64,000 nt of DNA from an uncultured Alphaproteobacteria bacterium (lineage in GTDB: Bacteria > Pseudomonadota > Alphaproteobacteria > Rhizobiales > Xanthobacteraceae): NCBI GenBank assembly GCA_963789455.1, contig CAWBLD010000013.1:65559-129558 (forward strand), in the 5' to 3' direction. Below, piece by piece: positions 52,823 to 64,000 of this stretch. The position numbers were made by a program, and so were the translations under genes. The notes beneath the pieces were generated by a model. It was not told where the DNA came from. It worked only from the letters and a program-made list of their open reading frames with translations, and ran no database searches. The number at the start of each line of letters is the position of its first letter. Position 1 is the stretch's first letter.

Positions 52823-54301
52823 ATGAAGCTCAAACTACTCTTGGTGGTAAGCGTCGCCGCCCCATGTTTTGCCATCGGCGCAACCGTTGCTGCAGCCGAG
52901 CATCATTCGGACATGGTGGTCGCGCAGGCGCAGCAGCAAGGCGATAAGGATAAGGATAAGGACAAGCGTAAGCAGCGCGGCGGCCAGCAGCAGCATAATC
53001 GAAAGCCTGGTCAGCAGCAGATGCAAAAGCCGGTGCAAAACCAGCCGATGCACAAGCCGGTTCAGCAGCAGATGCAGAAGCCGGCTCAAAACCAGCAGAT
53101 GCACAAGCCGGTTCAGCAGCAGATGCAGAAGCCGGCTCAAAACCAGCAGATGCATAAGCCGGTTCAGCAGCAGATGCAGAAGCCGGTGCAAAACCAGCCG
53201 ATGCACAAGCCGGTTCAACAGCAGATGCAAAAGCCGGTGCAAAACGAGCAGATGCACAAGCCGATTCAACAGCAGATGCAGAAGCCGGTGCAAAACCAGC
53301 CGATGCACAAGCCGATTCAACAGCAGATGCAGAAGCCGGTTCAAAATCAGCAGATGCAGAAGCCGATTCAGAACATGCAGACCCAGCAACATCCGGTCAT
53401 AGCCCCGGGCAACCGGCGGCTAGATCAGGTGCGCGGCGAACGGCACGAGTCCCGCCAGGGCAACCGCCTCGTGATCCAGGAACAGAATCGCACCATCATC
53501 CGCGAGGGCGGCCATACGATTATCCGGCATGACGATATCGACCGCTTCCGGCGCGGCGCGCGTGATGTCGATGTCCATGTCCAGCATCGCGGCAACGAAA
53601 CGGAAACCATCATCGTCCGGCCGGACGGCGTGCGGATCATCACCATCGTCGATACCGACGGCCGCTTGCTGCGGCGCATCCGGCGCGACCGCGACGGCCG
53701 CGAATTCGTGCTGATCGATAATCGCCACAGGGGACCGGCCGGCGGCTTCGGCTTCATCGCCAATCTGGCAGCGCCCCGCGTCCATATCCCGCGCGACCGC
53801 TACATCGTCGATGCCGACCGGGCCGACCGCGACCTGCTCTATGAAACCTTGATCGCGCCGCCGGTCATGCATATCGACCGCCGCTACTCGCTCGACGAGA
53901 TCCGTTATACGCACAACCTGCGCGAATGGATGCCGCGGATCGACCTCGACTCCATCACCTTCGAATCCGGATCGTGGGATGTGACCCCGGACCAGGCGCG
54001 GCAACTCGAACCGATCGCAGAGGCGATGCGGCGGGCGATCGAACGCAACCCCAACGAGGTCTACCTGATCGAAGGACACACCGACGCGGTCGGCTCCGAC
54101 GTCGACAATCTGTCGCTGTCCGATCGCCGCGCCGAGGCGGTAGCCGAGATCCTGACGCAGGACTTCGGCATTCCGCCGGAAAACCTGACCACCCAGGGTT
54201 ACGGCGAACAGTACCTCAAGGTGCCGACACAAGGGCCGGAACGGCTGAACCGCCGCGTCACGGTACGCCGCATCACGCCGTTGCTGGAGGGACGAAACTA
54301 G
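52823..54301 (+). CDS. OmpA C-terminal (peptidoglycan-binding) domain protein with a Gln-rich N-terminus
   Basis: Signal peptide, 'IEGHTDAVG...NLSLSDRRAEAV' and 'NRRVTV'. Confidence 0.92.
   Translation: MKLKLLLVVSVAAPCFAIGATVAAAEHHSDMVVAQAQQQGDKDKDKDKRKQRGGQQQHNRKPGQQQMQKPVQNQPMHKPVQQQMQKPAQNQQMHKPVQQQMQKPAQNQQMHKPVQQQMQKPVQNQPMHKPVQQQMQKPVQNEQMHKPIQQQMQKPVQNQPMHKPIQQQMQKPVQNQQMQKPIQNMQTQQHPVIAPGNRRLDQVRGERHESRQGNRLVIQEQNRTIIREGGHTIIRHDDIDRFRRGARDVDVHVQHRGNETETIIVRPDGVRIITIVDTDGRLLRRIRRDRDGREFVLIDNRHRGPAGGFGFIANLAAPRVHIPRDRYIVDADRADRDLLYETLIAPPVMHIDRRYSLDEIRYTHNLREWMPRIDLDSITFESGSWDVTPDQARQLEPIAEAMRRAIERNPNEVYLIEGHTDAVGSDVDNLSLSDRRAEAVAEILTQDFGIPPENLTTQGYGEQYLKVPTQGPERLNRRVTVRRITPLLEGRN
53012..53368 (+). 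repeat. Seven tandem 51-nt coding repeats (QQQMQKPVQNQPMHKPV)
   Basis: Counted directly: 7 x 51 = 357 nt. Confidence 0.92.
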
Positions 54302-54326
54302 GCTCCGGGCGCCAGCCATTCACCAT

Positions 54327-54416
54327 CGTCATGGCCGGGGTTGCCCCGGCCATCGACGATTTCGCCTTTGCACGGCGCCTAAGACGTAGATGCCCGCGAT
54401 ACACGCGGGCATGACG
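54327..54416. repeat. Palindromic repeat, family A (degenerate)
   Basis: CGTCATGGCCGGGGTTGCCCCGGCCATC...GCGGGCATGACG. Confidence 0.75.
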
Positions 54417-54447
54417 GTTGCATTGCCGTCGTCTATATTTTTCCGCC

Positions 54448-54885
54448 ATGGACGAGCCCGCGCTCAGCTTTCAAGGCGTCACGCTGTCACCGCAGAAAGA
54501 AACGGTGCGCGTATTCTACAAGGAACTGTGGGATCACGCCGACAAAAGCCTGATCCCGGCGATCTTCCATTCCGATTTCACCTTCCGCGGCTCGCTCGGA
54601 CCGACGCTGGTCGGTCACGCTCAATTCGCCGGCTATGTCGATTGGGTCACGGCCGCGTTCGGCCAATACACCACCGACATTCTGGCGCTGATCGAGGAAG
54701 GCAACCGCGTCAGCGGCAAGATGAGGTTCCACGGCTTTCACCGCCAGGAGCTGTTCGGCGTGCCGCCTACGGGCAAGCACGTGTGGTGGACCGGGATGCC
54801 GATTTTCACCTTCGAGGGGCCTAAGGTGCGCGACCTGTTCGTACTCGGCGATATTTACGGCCTGATCGAACGGCTGAAAGGCTAG
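54448..54885 (+). CDS. SnoaL-like ester cyclase family protein
   Basis: 'FTFRGSLG' and 'FGVPPTGKHV'. Confidence 0.85.
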   Translation: MDEPALSFQGVTLSPQKETVRVFYKELWDHADKSLIPAIFHSDFTFRGSLGPTLVGHAQFAGYVDWVTAAFGQYTTDILALIEEGNRVSGKMRFHGFHRQELFGVPPTGKHVWWTGMPIFTFEGPKVRDLFVLGDIYGLIERLKG

Positions 54886-54921
54886 GCTTTGCCGCTTTGC
54901 GCTTGATTTGTTGCGCGGCGC

Positions 54922-55335
54922 CTACCTGCATTTATTGGCGAAGCAAAGCTTTTCCAGTTCGGGGAACGGCTTATAGGCGGCGTTGCCGCACTGCTCGGGG
55001 CTGGCTTCGACCAACTGGTTGAGACGACCGCCGTAGAAATAAGCGATGCGGTCCTTGCTGCCGGCATATTGCCGGTTCAGGTCCCTGGCGTTGAAGCGGA
55101 CACAGGCCGTGTAGCGCTGATTCTTGCCGATCGGCGAAAGCAGGGGATCGGAAATAAAGGCGTCGTGCACATTGGTCGGATCGTCGAGCGATTGCATCAG
55201 CGTATTCAGAATTTCCTTTTTGTAATCGGTGGGAAACCTATTGGGGTCCACTGGCGGCGTTTTGGTCGAGCAGGCCACGAGCGCCATCGCAAAGGCCGGC
55301 GCTAACCACAACCTAGCTGCGTTTCGTCGCATCAA
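54922..55335 (-). CDS. Hypothetical lipoprotein
   Basis: Lipobox LVAC, 'ACVRFNAR' and 'PFPELE'. Confidence 0.75.
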   Translation of the reverse strand: MMRRNAARLWLAPAFAMALVACSTKTPPVDPNRFPTDYKKEILNTLMQSLDDPTNVHDAFISDPLLSPIGKNQRYTACVRFNARDLNRQYAGSKDRIAYFYGGRLNQLVEASPEQCGNAAYKPFPELEKLCFANKCR

Positions 55336-55448
55336 ACCTATCCTCGTCGCCGCGGCGGGGGTCGGCTCCCCGCGCTTTGTCCAAAAAAATCTCGCGCGAT
55401 ATTATTGCGTCATGTCCGCCTTCGGTCCAGCCGCGGCACAGCTTGCGC

Positions 55449-56693
<1,245 letters not shown>

Positions 56694-56859
56694 CGTGTTT
56701 CTTTCCGTGGCGGGCCGGGGGCATGGCCCGGCGCCCTTCCCGGCTTTGTTGAACTCAGGATGGCCGCGGCGGTCAAGGGGCGCCGGCACCTTCTCTGCTG
56801 CGACCGGGGCCGCTTCCGCGGCCACGGGCTCCAGCGGGCATCCAGTAAGGGCCGCGGTT

Positions 56860-57180
56860 TTACTCCGTCACGTCCTCATAGACGTCCATGTCGGCGCTGC
56901 CCGCCAGAATGGCGCGCCAGCCTTGCAGGAAGGTGCGCACCATCGGGTCGCTCGCGACCTTGTGGCGGTTGAGTTCGAGCGCGGCGTGCGCCTCGTATTC
57001 GATTTCGATCAAGAGCTGGGCCCGATCATCGACATTCTGCAGCACGCGAAAGCTGGCGCCGCCGAGCGTCCGATAGAACGGTGCGGCGCTGCGGATGAGC
57101 GTCAGCACTTGCCCGGCGTCGCCCAGCGCCCGCATCTTGATCTGTAGGACTCGTTTGACGTCTTCCTCAGGCTCCGCCAT
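56860..57180 (-). CDS. Hypothetical protein
   Basis: GGAGG SD and a globular-looking 106-aa ORF. Confidence 0.7.
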   Translation of the reverse strand: MAEPEEDVKRVLQIKMRALGDAGQVLTLIRSAAPFYRTLGGASFRVLQNVDDRAQLLIEIEYEAHAALELNRHKVASDPMVRTFLQGWRAILAGSADMDVYEDVTE

Positions 57181-57279
57181 GGGCTCCTCCCGGCACGAAT
57201 CGACGCGACTGTAGCACCGCGCAGGTTGCCGCTGTCACGATAGCGTAATCAAACGGCCCGGTGCTTGCCATGACGATAG

Positions 57280-58041
57280 TCAAAGCTCAGTTTTCCGCTT
57301 GTTGAAAAATCCGGCGATGGCTGCGGACATCCGTTCGAGCCCGCGCTCGATGCCGTCGTCGGTGAGCCGTGCGGGCGGCCAGCGGTAGATCAAGCCATGC
57401 ACGATCCAGATGATCAAATAGGTGAACACACCGGCGAACACAACGTCGGAGAAGAAATGCGCGCCCGCCAGCATGCGTAAGACGGCCATGCCGACGCCGA
57501 GCGCGAGTGCCGCGCCATAGGCGAGCGCGCGCCATTGCGGCGGGGCCAGCGCCGCCGGCGCCAGCGTCCAGAACGCGCCGGACACATCGCCGGAGACGAA
57601 TGAGCAGTTGCCCGGGCAATCGCCGCGCGGATCCCACCAAGCCACGAAATGCTGATCGCCGCCGAACTGCGCGACGTCGATCGGCCGCGGCCGGCCCCAA
57701 TGATCCTTGAGTCCGACATTGACGAGCAGGCCGGGCCCTAAGGCCAGTGTCGCCATCAGAAACACGATCGCGCGGCCGGAGATCAGCAGCTTGCGCGTCG
57801 GCAAGATCAGCTTGATGACCAGCGCGGCCACTGCCGGCAGGATCAGCAAGGCCGCCACCCAAAGCCCGAGATTGCGGGCGAGCATCAGCGGCGGATAAAC
57901 GCGCAGGCCGAAATTGTTGCCGCCGAGGACGATGGCGTGAAACGGCGCGGCAATCATCAGGTCGAGCTGCGGATAGAGCCCGAAAGCCGGGCCGACGACG
58001 GCGGCCAGGCCAAGCGCGACGATCAATCCGCGGCGGTTCAT
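57280..58041 (-). CDS. PAP2-family membrane phosphatase
   Basis: 'KDHWGRPRP', 'SFVSGD' and 'RMLAGAHFFSDV'. Confidence 0.9.
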   Translation of the reverse strand: MNRRGLIVALGLAAVVGPAFGLYPQLDLMIAAPFHAIVLGGNNFGLRVYPPLMLARNLGLWVAALLILPAVAALVIKLILPTRKLLISGRAIVFLMATLALGPGLLVNVGLKDHWGRPRPIDVAQFGGDQHFVAWWDPRGDCPGNCSFVSGDVSGAFWTLAPAALAPPQWRALAYGAALALGVGMAVLRMLAGAHFFSDVVFAGVFTYLIIWIVHGLIYRWPPARLTDDGIERGLERMSAAIAGFFNKRKTEL

Positions 58042-58051
58042 GCTTTTCCTT

Positions 58052-58076
58052 GGCGCATGATTTTATCCGAAACCCG
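58052..58076. repeat. Partial RIME-like element
   Basis: GCGCATGATTTTATCCGAAACCCGG is near reverse-complementary to 22564-22588. Confidence 0.5.
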
Positions 58077-58152
58077 GACGTCCCGCCGCGCGATCAGGCG
58101 CTGCGGTCCCGGGCGCGACCGGGGTCTAGCCGAGCGGGACCGCGAAGGGAAG

Positions 58153-58593
58153 TCAGCCGGCGCGCCAGGCCCCGGCCCTGCGGCCGGCGATCAGCCAATA
58201 GACGACGCCGCCGATAATCCCGGCCGCCGCCGCCAACTGCAAGGCGTGACCGACCGGCGTTACGTCGGTGGTATTTTCCAGCCGCACGGAAATATCGGAG
58301 CCGAAATACGACGCCAGTCCGACCAGAGCGCCGGCGACGCAGTAATAAATGATACTGCGGATGCGCAGGGCTTCCGCCAGCACGATCAACAAGGCCGCCG
58401 GCGCCATCGCCACGGCGCCGACAAAGCTGGTCGCGAAAAACGAAACGACGAAGAACTGCACGCGTTCGACCGGATCGGAATCCATCGCCGGCCAATCCGG
58501 CACCATGATGCCGATGGCGAGCGCGATGCCCGCGGCCACGCTGGCCACGATCAGGGCGAAGAAAATGACGACGATCCGGCCGAGCAGTGACAT
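58153..58593 (-). CDS. Hypothetical 4-TM membrane protein
   Basis: Hydrophobic ORF ending 'AGIIGGVVYWLIAGRRAG'. Confidence 0.78.
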   Translation of the reverse strand: MSLLGRIVVIFFALIVASVAAGIALAIGIMVPDWPAMDSDPVERVQFFVVSFFATSFVGAVAMAPAALLIVLAEALRIRSIIYYCVAGALVGLASYFGSDISVRLENTTDVTPVGHALQLAAAAGIIGGVVYWLIAGRRAGAWRAG

Positions 58594-58628
58594 GGGCTTT
58601 ACCTGTCCGTGAAGAGGCAGCGGCAGTC

Positions 58629-59861
58629 TTACTCCACCATGGCCATGGCGCGCAGCGCCATGCGCTCGCGCGCCGAGAGTTTTTCGGTCGCGCTCTTGAG
58701 CTGGCCGCAGGCCGCCAGAATGTCGCGCCCGCGCGGCGTGCGCACCGGCGAGGCATAGCCGGCGTCGAACACAACTTGAGAGAATTTTTCGATCTGCTCC
58801 CAGTCCGAGCATTCGAATCGGCTGCCGGGCCAGGGATTGAACGGGATAAGATTGATCTTGGCCGGGATGCCTTTGAGCAGACGCACCAGCGCCTTGGCGT
58901 CGTCGATCGAATCGTTGACGCCCTTGAGCATGACGTATTCGAAGGTGATGCGCTTGGCGTTCGAGAGGCCGGGATAATGGCGGCAGGCCTCCAGCAATTG
59001 CGCGATCGGGTATTTGCGGTTGAGCGGCACCAGCTCGTTGCGCAATTCATCGCGCACCGCGTGCAGCGACACCGCCAGCATGCAGCCGATCTCGGCACCA
59101 GCGCGTTCGATATTCGGAACCACGCCAGAGGTGGAGAGCGTGATACGGCGCTTGGAAATCGCGATGCCCTCGCCATCGGCGACGATCAGCAGCGCGTCGC
59201 GCACGGCATCGAGATTGTAGAGCGGCTCGCCCATGCCCATCATCACGATATTGGTCACGCAGCGATCGCCGGTCGAAATGACGCCATCGCTCGGGCGCAC
59301 GCCGCCCGGCCAGTCGCCCAAGCGATCGCGCGCCACCATCACCTGGCCGACGATCTCGCCGGCGGTGAGGTTGCGCACCAATCGCTGCGTGCCGGTGTGG
59401 CAGAATGCGCAGGTGAGCGTGCAGCCAACCTGACTTGAGACGCACAATGTGCCGCGTTCGGTATCGGGGATATAGACGCATTCCACTTCGTGCGGATGCT
59501 CGCCCTGCACTTCGCCCGGCAGCCGCAACAGCCATTTGCGAGTGCCGTCGACCGAAACCTGCTCGGCCACCACTTCGGGGCGGTCGAGCGTGAAATTCTC
59601 GGCGAGCTTGGCGCGCAGCCCCTTCGACACGCTGGTCATTCGATCGAAGTCGGTGAAGCCGCGGAAATAGATCCAGTGCCAGAGCTGCTGCACCCGCATC
59701 TTGCGCTGGTCTGCGGGCACGCCGATCGCGCCCAGCAACGCACCGAGCTGCGCGCGCGTGAGCCCGATCAGCGACGGCTTCTCCGGCGCGACATAGCGCT
59801 CAAGCGGCGCCTTCTCGACGAAGGGCGCCGAGGCCGGTGCGATTTCGATCGTGCTTGCCAT
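58629..59861 (-). CDS. rlmN: 23S rRNA m2A2503 methyltransferase
   Basis: [19 protein letters not shown] and AACGQL. Confidence 0.97.
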   Translation of the reverse strand: MASTIEIAPASAPFVEKAPLERYVAPEKPSLIGLTRAQLGALLGAIGVPADQRKMRVQQLWHWIYFRGFTDFDRMTSVSKGLRAKLAENFTLDRPEVVAEQVSVDGTRKWLLRLPGEVQGEHPHEVECVYIPDTERGTLCVSSQVGCTLTCAFCHTGTQRLVRNLTAGEIVGQVMVARDRLGDWPGGVRPSDGVISTGDRCVTNIVMMGMGEPLYNLDAVRDALLIVADGEGIAISKRRITLSTSGVVPNIERAGAEIGCMLAVSLHAVRDELRNELVPLNRKYPIAQLLEACRHYPGLSNAKRITFEYVMLKGVNDSIDDAKALVRLLKGIPAKINLIPFNPWPGSRFECSDWEQIEKFSQVVFDAGYASPVRTPRGRDILAACGQLKSATEKLSARERMALRAMAMVE

Positions 59862-59921
59862 GGGCTCAGTCGGTCATCGCCGCGCGCGGCGGCATTGACG
59901 GCAATATAGGGCGTGCACGCC

Positions 59922-60485
59922 TTACTTGCACTCCTCCGCCACCTTGTCGAGCGCCTGGCTCAATCCTTTCAGCGAATAGGTGTCGGTGGTCTTGGTGCCG
60001 TGGGTGGACACGCTCTTGACCACCATGTCGGCGCCCTTGCGCATGGCCTCGACCATCTGCGCTTCCTCGGCGGCGTTCTTCACCCAGGCGCCGTCGTTCT
60101 GGGTGTACATCACATAGCTCGCCGAGCCGATGGTGGCGGTGGCGTCGACACCCGGCTTCTGCGGGTAGCCGACGATCATCGATACTTCATTGACCACCTT
60201 CTCGGCCGGACGGGTCGAGACGAAGGCATAGGACGGATCGCGGTTGCGGCCGACCGGATCGGTCACCGCCGAGGTCGGCTTTGACAGCGCGAAGCATATC
60301 TTCTTGCCGCCGGGCGTCGCCTTGTAGGCGCCCCAGTCGCTGAACTGCCCGAGCAGCACCGCCTGCTCGGTCGGGCTGGGCTTGGCGGGTTTCTTATTGT
60401 TCTGCGCATAGGCGGCCGGGCAACCGACCACGGCGGCGGCGGTCAGCAATACAATCGCGCGGCTTTGCCAAAATATCTTCGTCAT
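59922..60485 (-). CDS. Invasion-associated locus B (IalB) family secreted protein
   Basis: Signal peptide, 'FSDWGAY', 'ICFALSKP' and 'DTYSLKG...EEC'. Confidence 0.85.
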   Translation of the reverse strand: MTKIFWQSRAIVLLTAAAVVGCPAAYAQNNKKPAKPSPTEQAVLLGQFSDWGAYKATPGGKKICFALSKPTSAVTDPVGRNRDPSYAFVSTRPAEKVVNEVSMIVGYPQKPGVDATATIGSASYVMYTQNDGAWVKNAAEEAQMVEAMRKGADMVVKSVSTHGTKTTDTYSLKGLSQALDKVAEECK

Positions 60486-60687
60486 CGGGCCCTACCGGTT
60501 GAAGTGGATGATGGCATTCAAGCCGCCCCCAAAGACCAGCGGGATACTAACCCATTAGGGGCGTATATCGGCAAGGTGAAGGCGGCAATCCGCCGCCCCC
60601 CGCGAACTATAGGCCGAAAGTTGGCGCCGCCAAACCGGCCCGGCGGCGTGCTAGACAGGCTGCCGTAGCGCATGCGATCGAGCCGCC

Positions 60688-61662
60688 ATGAAAGCCCTGC
60701 TCTGCACCCATTACGGCACTCCCGACGACCTTGAACTTGCCGAGCTCGCCGACCCCACACCCGGGCCGGGCGAAGCGGTGGTGCGGGTCAAGGCGGCAGC
60801 GCTGAACTTCTTCGACACGTTGATTATTACCGGCAAATACCAACACAAGCCGGCTTTCCCGTTCTCGCCCGCCGCCGAATTTTCCGGCAAGGTCGAAAGC
60901 GTCGGGTCCGGCGTCGCCGGCTTTGCGCCCGGCGACCGCGTCATCGGCAATATCGGCTGGGGCGCCGCGCGCGAGAAAGTCGTGCTCGCCGCCGAGCAGC
61001 TCATCGCCATGCCGGCCGGATTGGATTTCGACCGCGCGGCCGGCCTCACTGTCACCTACGGCACCTCGATGCATGCGTTGAAGGACCGCGCCAAGCTCAA
61101 GCCTGGCGAGACGCTGGCCGTGCTGGGCGCGGCCGGCGGCACCGGCCTCTCCGCGGTTGAGCTCGGCAAGCTCATGGGCGCGCGCGTGATCGCCTGCGCG
61201 TCGTCCGACGAAAAGCTCGCCTTCGCGCGCCGGCACGGCGCCGACGAGGGCGTGAACTATGCCACGACCGACCTCAAGGACGCGCTGCGCCAGCTCACCG
61301 GCGGCAAGGGCGTTGATGTGGTCTACGATCCGATTGGCGGGACGCAGGGCGAAGCCGCGTTGCGCGGCATGGATTGGGGCGGGCGTTATCTCGTCATCGG
61401 CTTTGCCGCCGGCGACATGCCGAAGCTGCCGCTCAACTTGGTGCTGCTGCGCAGCTATGACGTGCTCGGCGTCTACTGGGGCGCCTGGATCCTGCGCGAC
61501 CCGCAGGGCCATCGCGCCAACATGCTGCAAATCCTCGACTGGTGCGCGCAAGGCAAACTGTCCTCGCATGTGCATGCGGTCTATCCGCTTGAGCAGGCGC
61601 CGGCCGCGCTCAAGGCGATCGCCGCGCGCCAGGTGATGGGCAAGGTGATCTTGCGGCCTTAG
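60688..61662 (+). CDS. NADPH:quinone oxidoreductase (MDR family)
   Basis: 'LNFFDTL...GKYQ', GAAGGTG and 'IGFAAG'. Confidence 0.93.
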   Translation: MKALLCTHYGTPDDLELAELADPTPGPGEAVVRVKAAALNFFDTLIITGKYQHKPAFPFSPAAEFSGKVESVGSGVAGFAPGDRVIGNIGWGAAREKVVLAAEQLIAMPAGLDFDRAAGLTVTYGTSMHALKDRAKLKPGETLAVLGAAGGTGLSAVELGKLMGARVIACASSDEKLAFARRHGADEGVNYATTDLKDALRQLTGGKGVDVVYDPIGGTQGEAALRGMDWGGRYLVIGFAAGDMPKLPLNLVLLRSYDVLGVYWGAWILRDPQGHRANMLQILDWCAQGKLSSHVHAVYPLEQAPAALKAIAARQVMGKVILRP

Positions 61663-62006
61663 AGCCGGTGCAGCGCGTTACGGGCCGCGTCCCGATGCAG
61701 CGGGCTTATATGGTCGGCAACCAACTTGATCGCGGTCGCCAGCACCGCGGCATCGTCGGTGAAGCCGATGACCGGCAATACGTCGGGAATGGCGTCGACC
61801 GGCAGCACAAAATAGGCGATGGCCGCGACCAGCGTCGCCTTCACCTGCAGCGGCGTGTTGCGGTCGAACGCGCAGTAGTAGGCGGCCAGCAGATCCTCGA
61901 CGAAGGGAATGCGCGCGGCCACGCGCCGAATCTTGCGCCAAAAGCTGCGGCGCAGTGCGCTTTCGTCATCTTCGTTCCGCCAGAAGGTGGCGCGTGCGAA
62001 TGCCAT
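61659..62006 (-). CDS. YkvA/DUF1232 family protein (start uncertain)
   Basis: 'YFVLPVDAIPD...GFTDDA'. Confidence 0.88.
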   Translation of the reverse strand: MAFARATFWRNEDDESALRRSFWRKIRRVAARIPFVEDLLAAYYCAFDRNTPLQVKATLVAAIAYFVLPVDAIPDVLPVIGFTDDAAVLATAIKLVADHISPLHRDAARNALHRL

Positions 62007-62121
62007 AGGGTGAATTTGGTAGCCGATTTCGCTCTGCGCAAGGTGTGCCGGGCGATCATGCTTGTCCGCGGGGAACTTGGCTGTTTGAAAATCGAAGCGG
62101 CAAACACACGTCAAATGGACG

Positions 62122-62412
62122 TCACCCTGCGATCTTATCCATTGCCTCGGCGAGCTTGAGGTCGAGCTCGGTCACCCCGCCGGCATCATGGGTCGCGAGC
62201 GTCACCGCCACGGTCTTGTAGACGTTGAACCATTCCGGATGGTGATCCATTTTCTCCGCCACCAGCGCCGCCCGCGTCATGAAGCCGAAGGCCTGGTTGA
62301 AATCCTTGAAGGTGAATGTCTTGGCAATGGCGTCGCGGCCGGCCACCTCGGACCAGCCGGCGAGCGTGGCCAAACCCGCTTTGCGGGCTTCCGCGGTCAA
62401 TTTCTGCGCCAT
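62122..62412 (-). CDS. phhB: Pterin-4-alpha-carbinolamine dehydratase
   Basis: '[10 protein letters not shown]' and 'THDAGG'. Confidence 0.93.
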   Translation of the reverse strand: MAQKLTAEARKAGLATLAGWSEVAGRDAIAKTFTFKDFNQAFGFMTRAALVAEKMDHHPEWFNVYKTVAVTLATHDAGGVTELDLKLAEAMDKIAG

Positions 62413-62506
62413 GACAAACCTCTCGCATTGAAAGCTTGCGACCCTCGCAAAGGGTCCGTCGCGATACTAGCTTTAAGGTGGCGACCCCGACCATACGAGG
62501 CTTCGC

Positions 62507-63631
62507 ATGTCCTGGTCTTTGAACATCGGCAAAGTGGCGGGCACGGTGGTACGCATCCACCTGACCTTTCTGCTGTTTCTCGCCTGGATCTTCGCCGCCA
62601 GCTATGCCCAGGGTGGCGCCGCCACCGCCTGGGACAGTCTCACCTTCATGGTCTTGCTGTTCCTGTGCGTGCTGCTGCACGAGTTCGGCCATATATTCAC
62701 CGCCCGCGCCTTCGGCGTGCCGACGCCCTATGTGACGCTGCTGCCGATCGGCGGCGTCGCCCAGCTCGAGCGCATCCCCGAGGAGCCCGGGCAGGAATTC
62801 CTCATCGCCATCGCCGGTCCACTGGTGAACGTGGTCATCACCATTCTGCTGGTGGCGATCGGCGGCGCGACCTTGCAAACAAGCGCCGCCGCCGGTCTCG
62901 ACAACACGCAGTTTTCGCTGGTCGACCGGCTGGCGGCGGTGAACCTGTTCCTGGCGCTGTTCAACCTGATTCCGGCCTTTCCGATGGACGGCGGCCGCAT
63001 CTTTCGTGCGCTGCTGGCCACCCGGTTCGGCTATGTGCGTGCCACCGAGATCGCCGCGGCCATTGGCCAGTTCGTCGCCTTCGCGCTCGGCTTCATCGGC
63101 CTGATGTACAATCCGATCCTGATCTTTATCGCCATTTTCGTCTATCTCGCAGCCTCGTCGGAAGCGCACATGGTGGCGTTGCGCGCCGCCTCGCGCGGCG
63201 TGCCGGTGAGCCATGCCATGGTGACGCATTTCGCCACGCTCGCCCCGCAGGCGCATTTGGACGAGGCGGTGCAGACCTTGCTGCAGACCGGCCAAGGCGA
63301 GTTCCCGGTGGTGGATGGCGCCGGCAGGCCGGTCGGCGTGCTCGGCCGCGCCGATCTCATCCGCGCCATCAAGACGCTCGGACCCGACGCCCGCGTTGCC
63401 GACGCCATGACGGCGGAGTTGCCGACCATCGGCCACCGCGCGACGCTCGAGCAGGCATTCAAGCTGCTGGTGCAGAAAGCAGGGCCGGCGGTCGGCATCA
63501 CCGACGCGGCCGGTAAACTGATCGGGCTGGTCACCGGCGAAACCATCGCCGAGATGATGATGCTGCAGGATGCCATGCCCAAAGGCGCGCAAGCCGGCCC
63601 CTGGGGCCGGCCGGCGGGGCTGACGGTTTAA
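62507..63631 (+). CDS. Site-2 protease (M50) with a CBS pair
   Basis: HEFGH, AGPLVN, NLIPAFPMDGGR and C-terminal CBS motifs. Confidence 0.94.
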   Translation: MSWSLNIGKVAGTVVRIHLTFLLFLAWIFAASYAQGGAATAWDSLTFMVLLFLCVLLHEFGHIFTARAFGVPTPYVTLLPIGGVAQLERIPEEPGQEFLIAIAGPLVNVVITILLVAIGGATLQTSAAAGLDNTQFSLVDRLAAVNLFLALFNLIPAFPMDGGRIFRALLATRFGYVRATEIAAAIGQFVAFALGFIGLMYNPILIFIAIFVYLAASSEAHMVALRAASRGVPVSHAMVTHFATLAPQAHLDEAVQTLLQTGQGEFPVVDGAGRPVGVLGRADLIRAIKTLGPDARVADAMTAELPTIGHRATLEQAFKLLVQKAGPAVGITDAAGKLIGLVTGETIAEMMMLQDAMPKGAQAGPWGRPAGLTV

Positions 63632-63748
63632 CCTCATTCGGGAGCCGGCATAACTAGCGGTTGCTTCCGGCCGCTTCGTGACTATATTGCGCCGCAATAG
63701 CTTCGCGTCGCGGGTCCCAACGGGCCCGCGCTTTGGTTTTGGATCCCA

Positions 63749-64000
63749 ATGAACCTCCGCAACGTCGCCATCATCGCCCACGTCGACCACGGCAAAACCA
63801 CGCTGGTCGACCGGCTGCTGCAGCAATCCGGCGCCTATCGCGAGAACCAGCGCGTGGTCGAGCGCGCCATGGATTCCAACGACCTCGAGCGCGAGCGTGG
63901 TATCACGATCCTCGCCAAGGCGGCCTCGGTGCTCTGGAAGGACACCCGCATCAATATCGTGGATACGCCCGGCCACGCCGATTTCGGCGGCGAGGTGGAG
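63749..64000 (+). CDS. typA: Translational GTPase TypA/BipA (5' part only)
   Basis: [21 protein letters not shown]...[11 protein letters not shown]...[13 protein letters not shown]. Confidence 0.96.
   Translation, partial: MNLRNVAIIAHVDHGKTTLVDRLLQQSGAYRENQRVVERAMDSNDLERERGITILAKAASVLWKDTRINIVDTPGHADFGGEVE

Noticed and set aside
53012-53368. Tandem repeats (also 46360-46520 and 28330-28660) as a CRISPR array
   Set aside because: In-frame coding repeats with no unique spacers and no cas genes.

Overview
High-GC alphaproteobacterial chromosome segment. Gene content and intergenic palindromes point to Hyphomicrobiales, Xanthobacteraceae/Nitrobacteraceae-like (inference). The backbone is housekeeping: acnA, ccmABCDG, ispZ-ftsY, mtaB-dapF, ffh-rpsP-rimM-trmD-rplS, leuC/leuD/leuB, asd, sdhCDAB, argG, rlmN and the start of typA. 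About 15 single-base indels (one in essential rplS) and one in-frame TAG suggest an under-polished long-read consensus, so I rebuilt split genes by hand. The most interesting part is an accessory locus at 28.0-33.3 kb. It holds a hidden CutF/CruR-like leader peptide (signal peptide, CxxxC, Pro-rich C-terminus), a Tat-exported DUF411 (CopG/CutG-like) protein, a Tat-exported DsrE protein and two paralogous GYGPGMMG-repeat secreted proteins. It also holds a divergent OmpR-family two-component system whose kinase carries a MGMMMMHGMM loop. A ~50-bp operator occurs twice in the locus, and there is a perfect FixK/FNR box. Other notable items: a candidate C-rich-loop sRNA, several families of palindromic intergenic repeats (one nested, three translated into protein tails), two tandem secreted C-x20-CW peptides, a Met-rich MXKDX/MsrP-like module and an OmpA protein with seven 17-aa Gln/Met/His repeats. 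I saw no rRNA, tRNA, CRISPR array or transposase.
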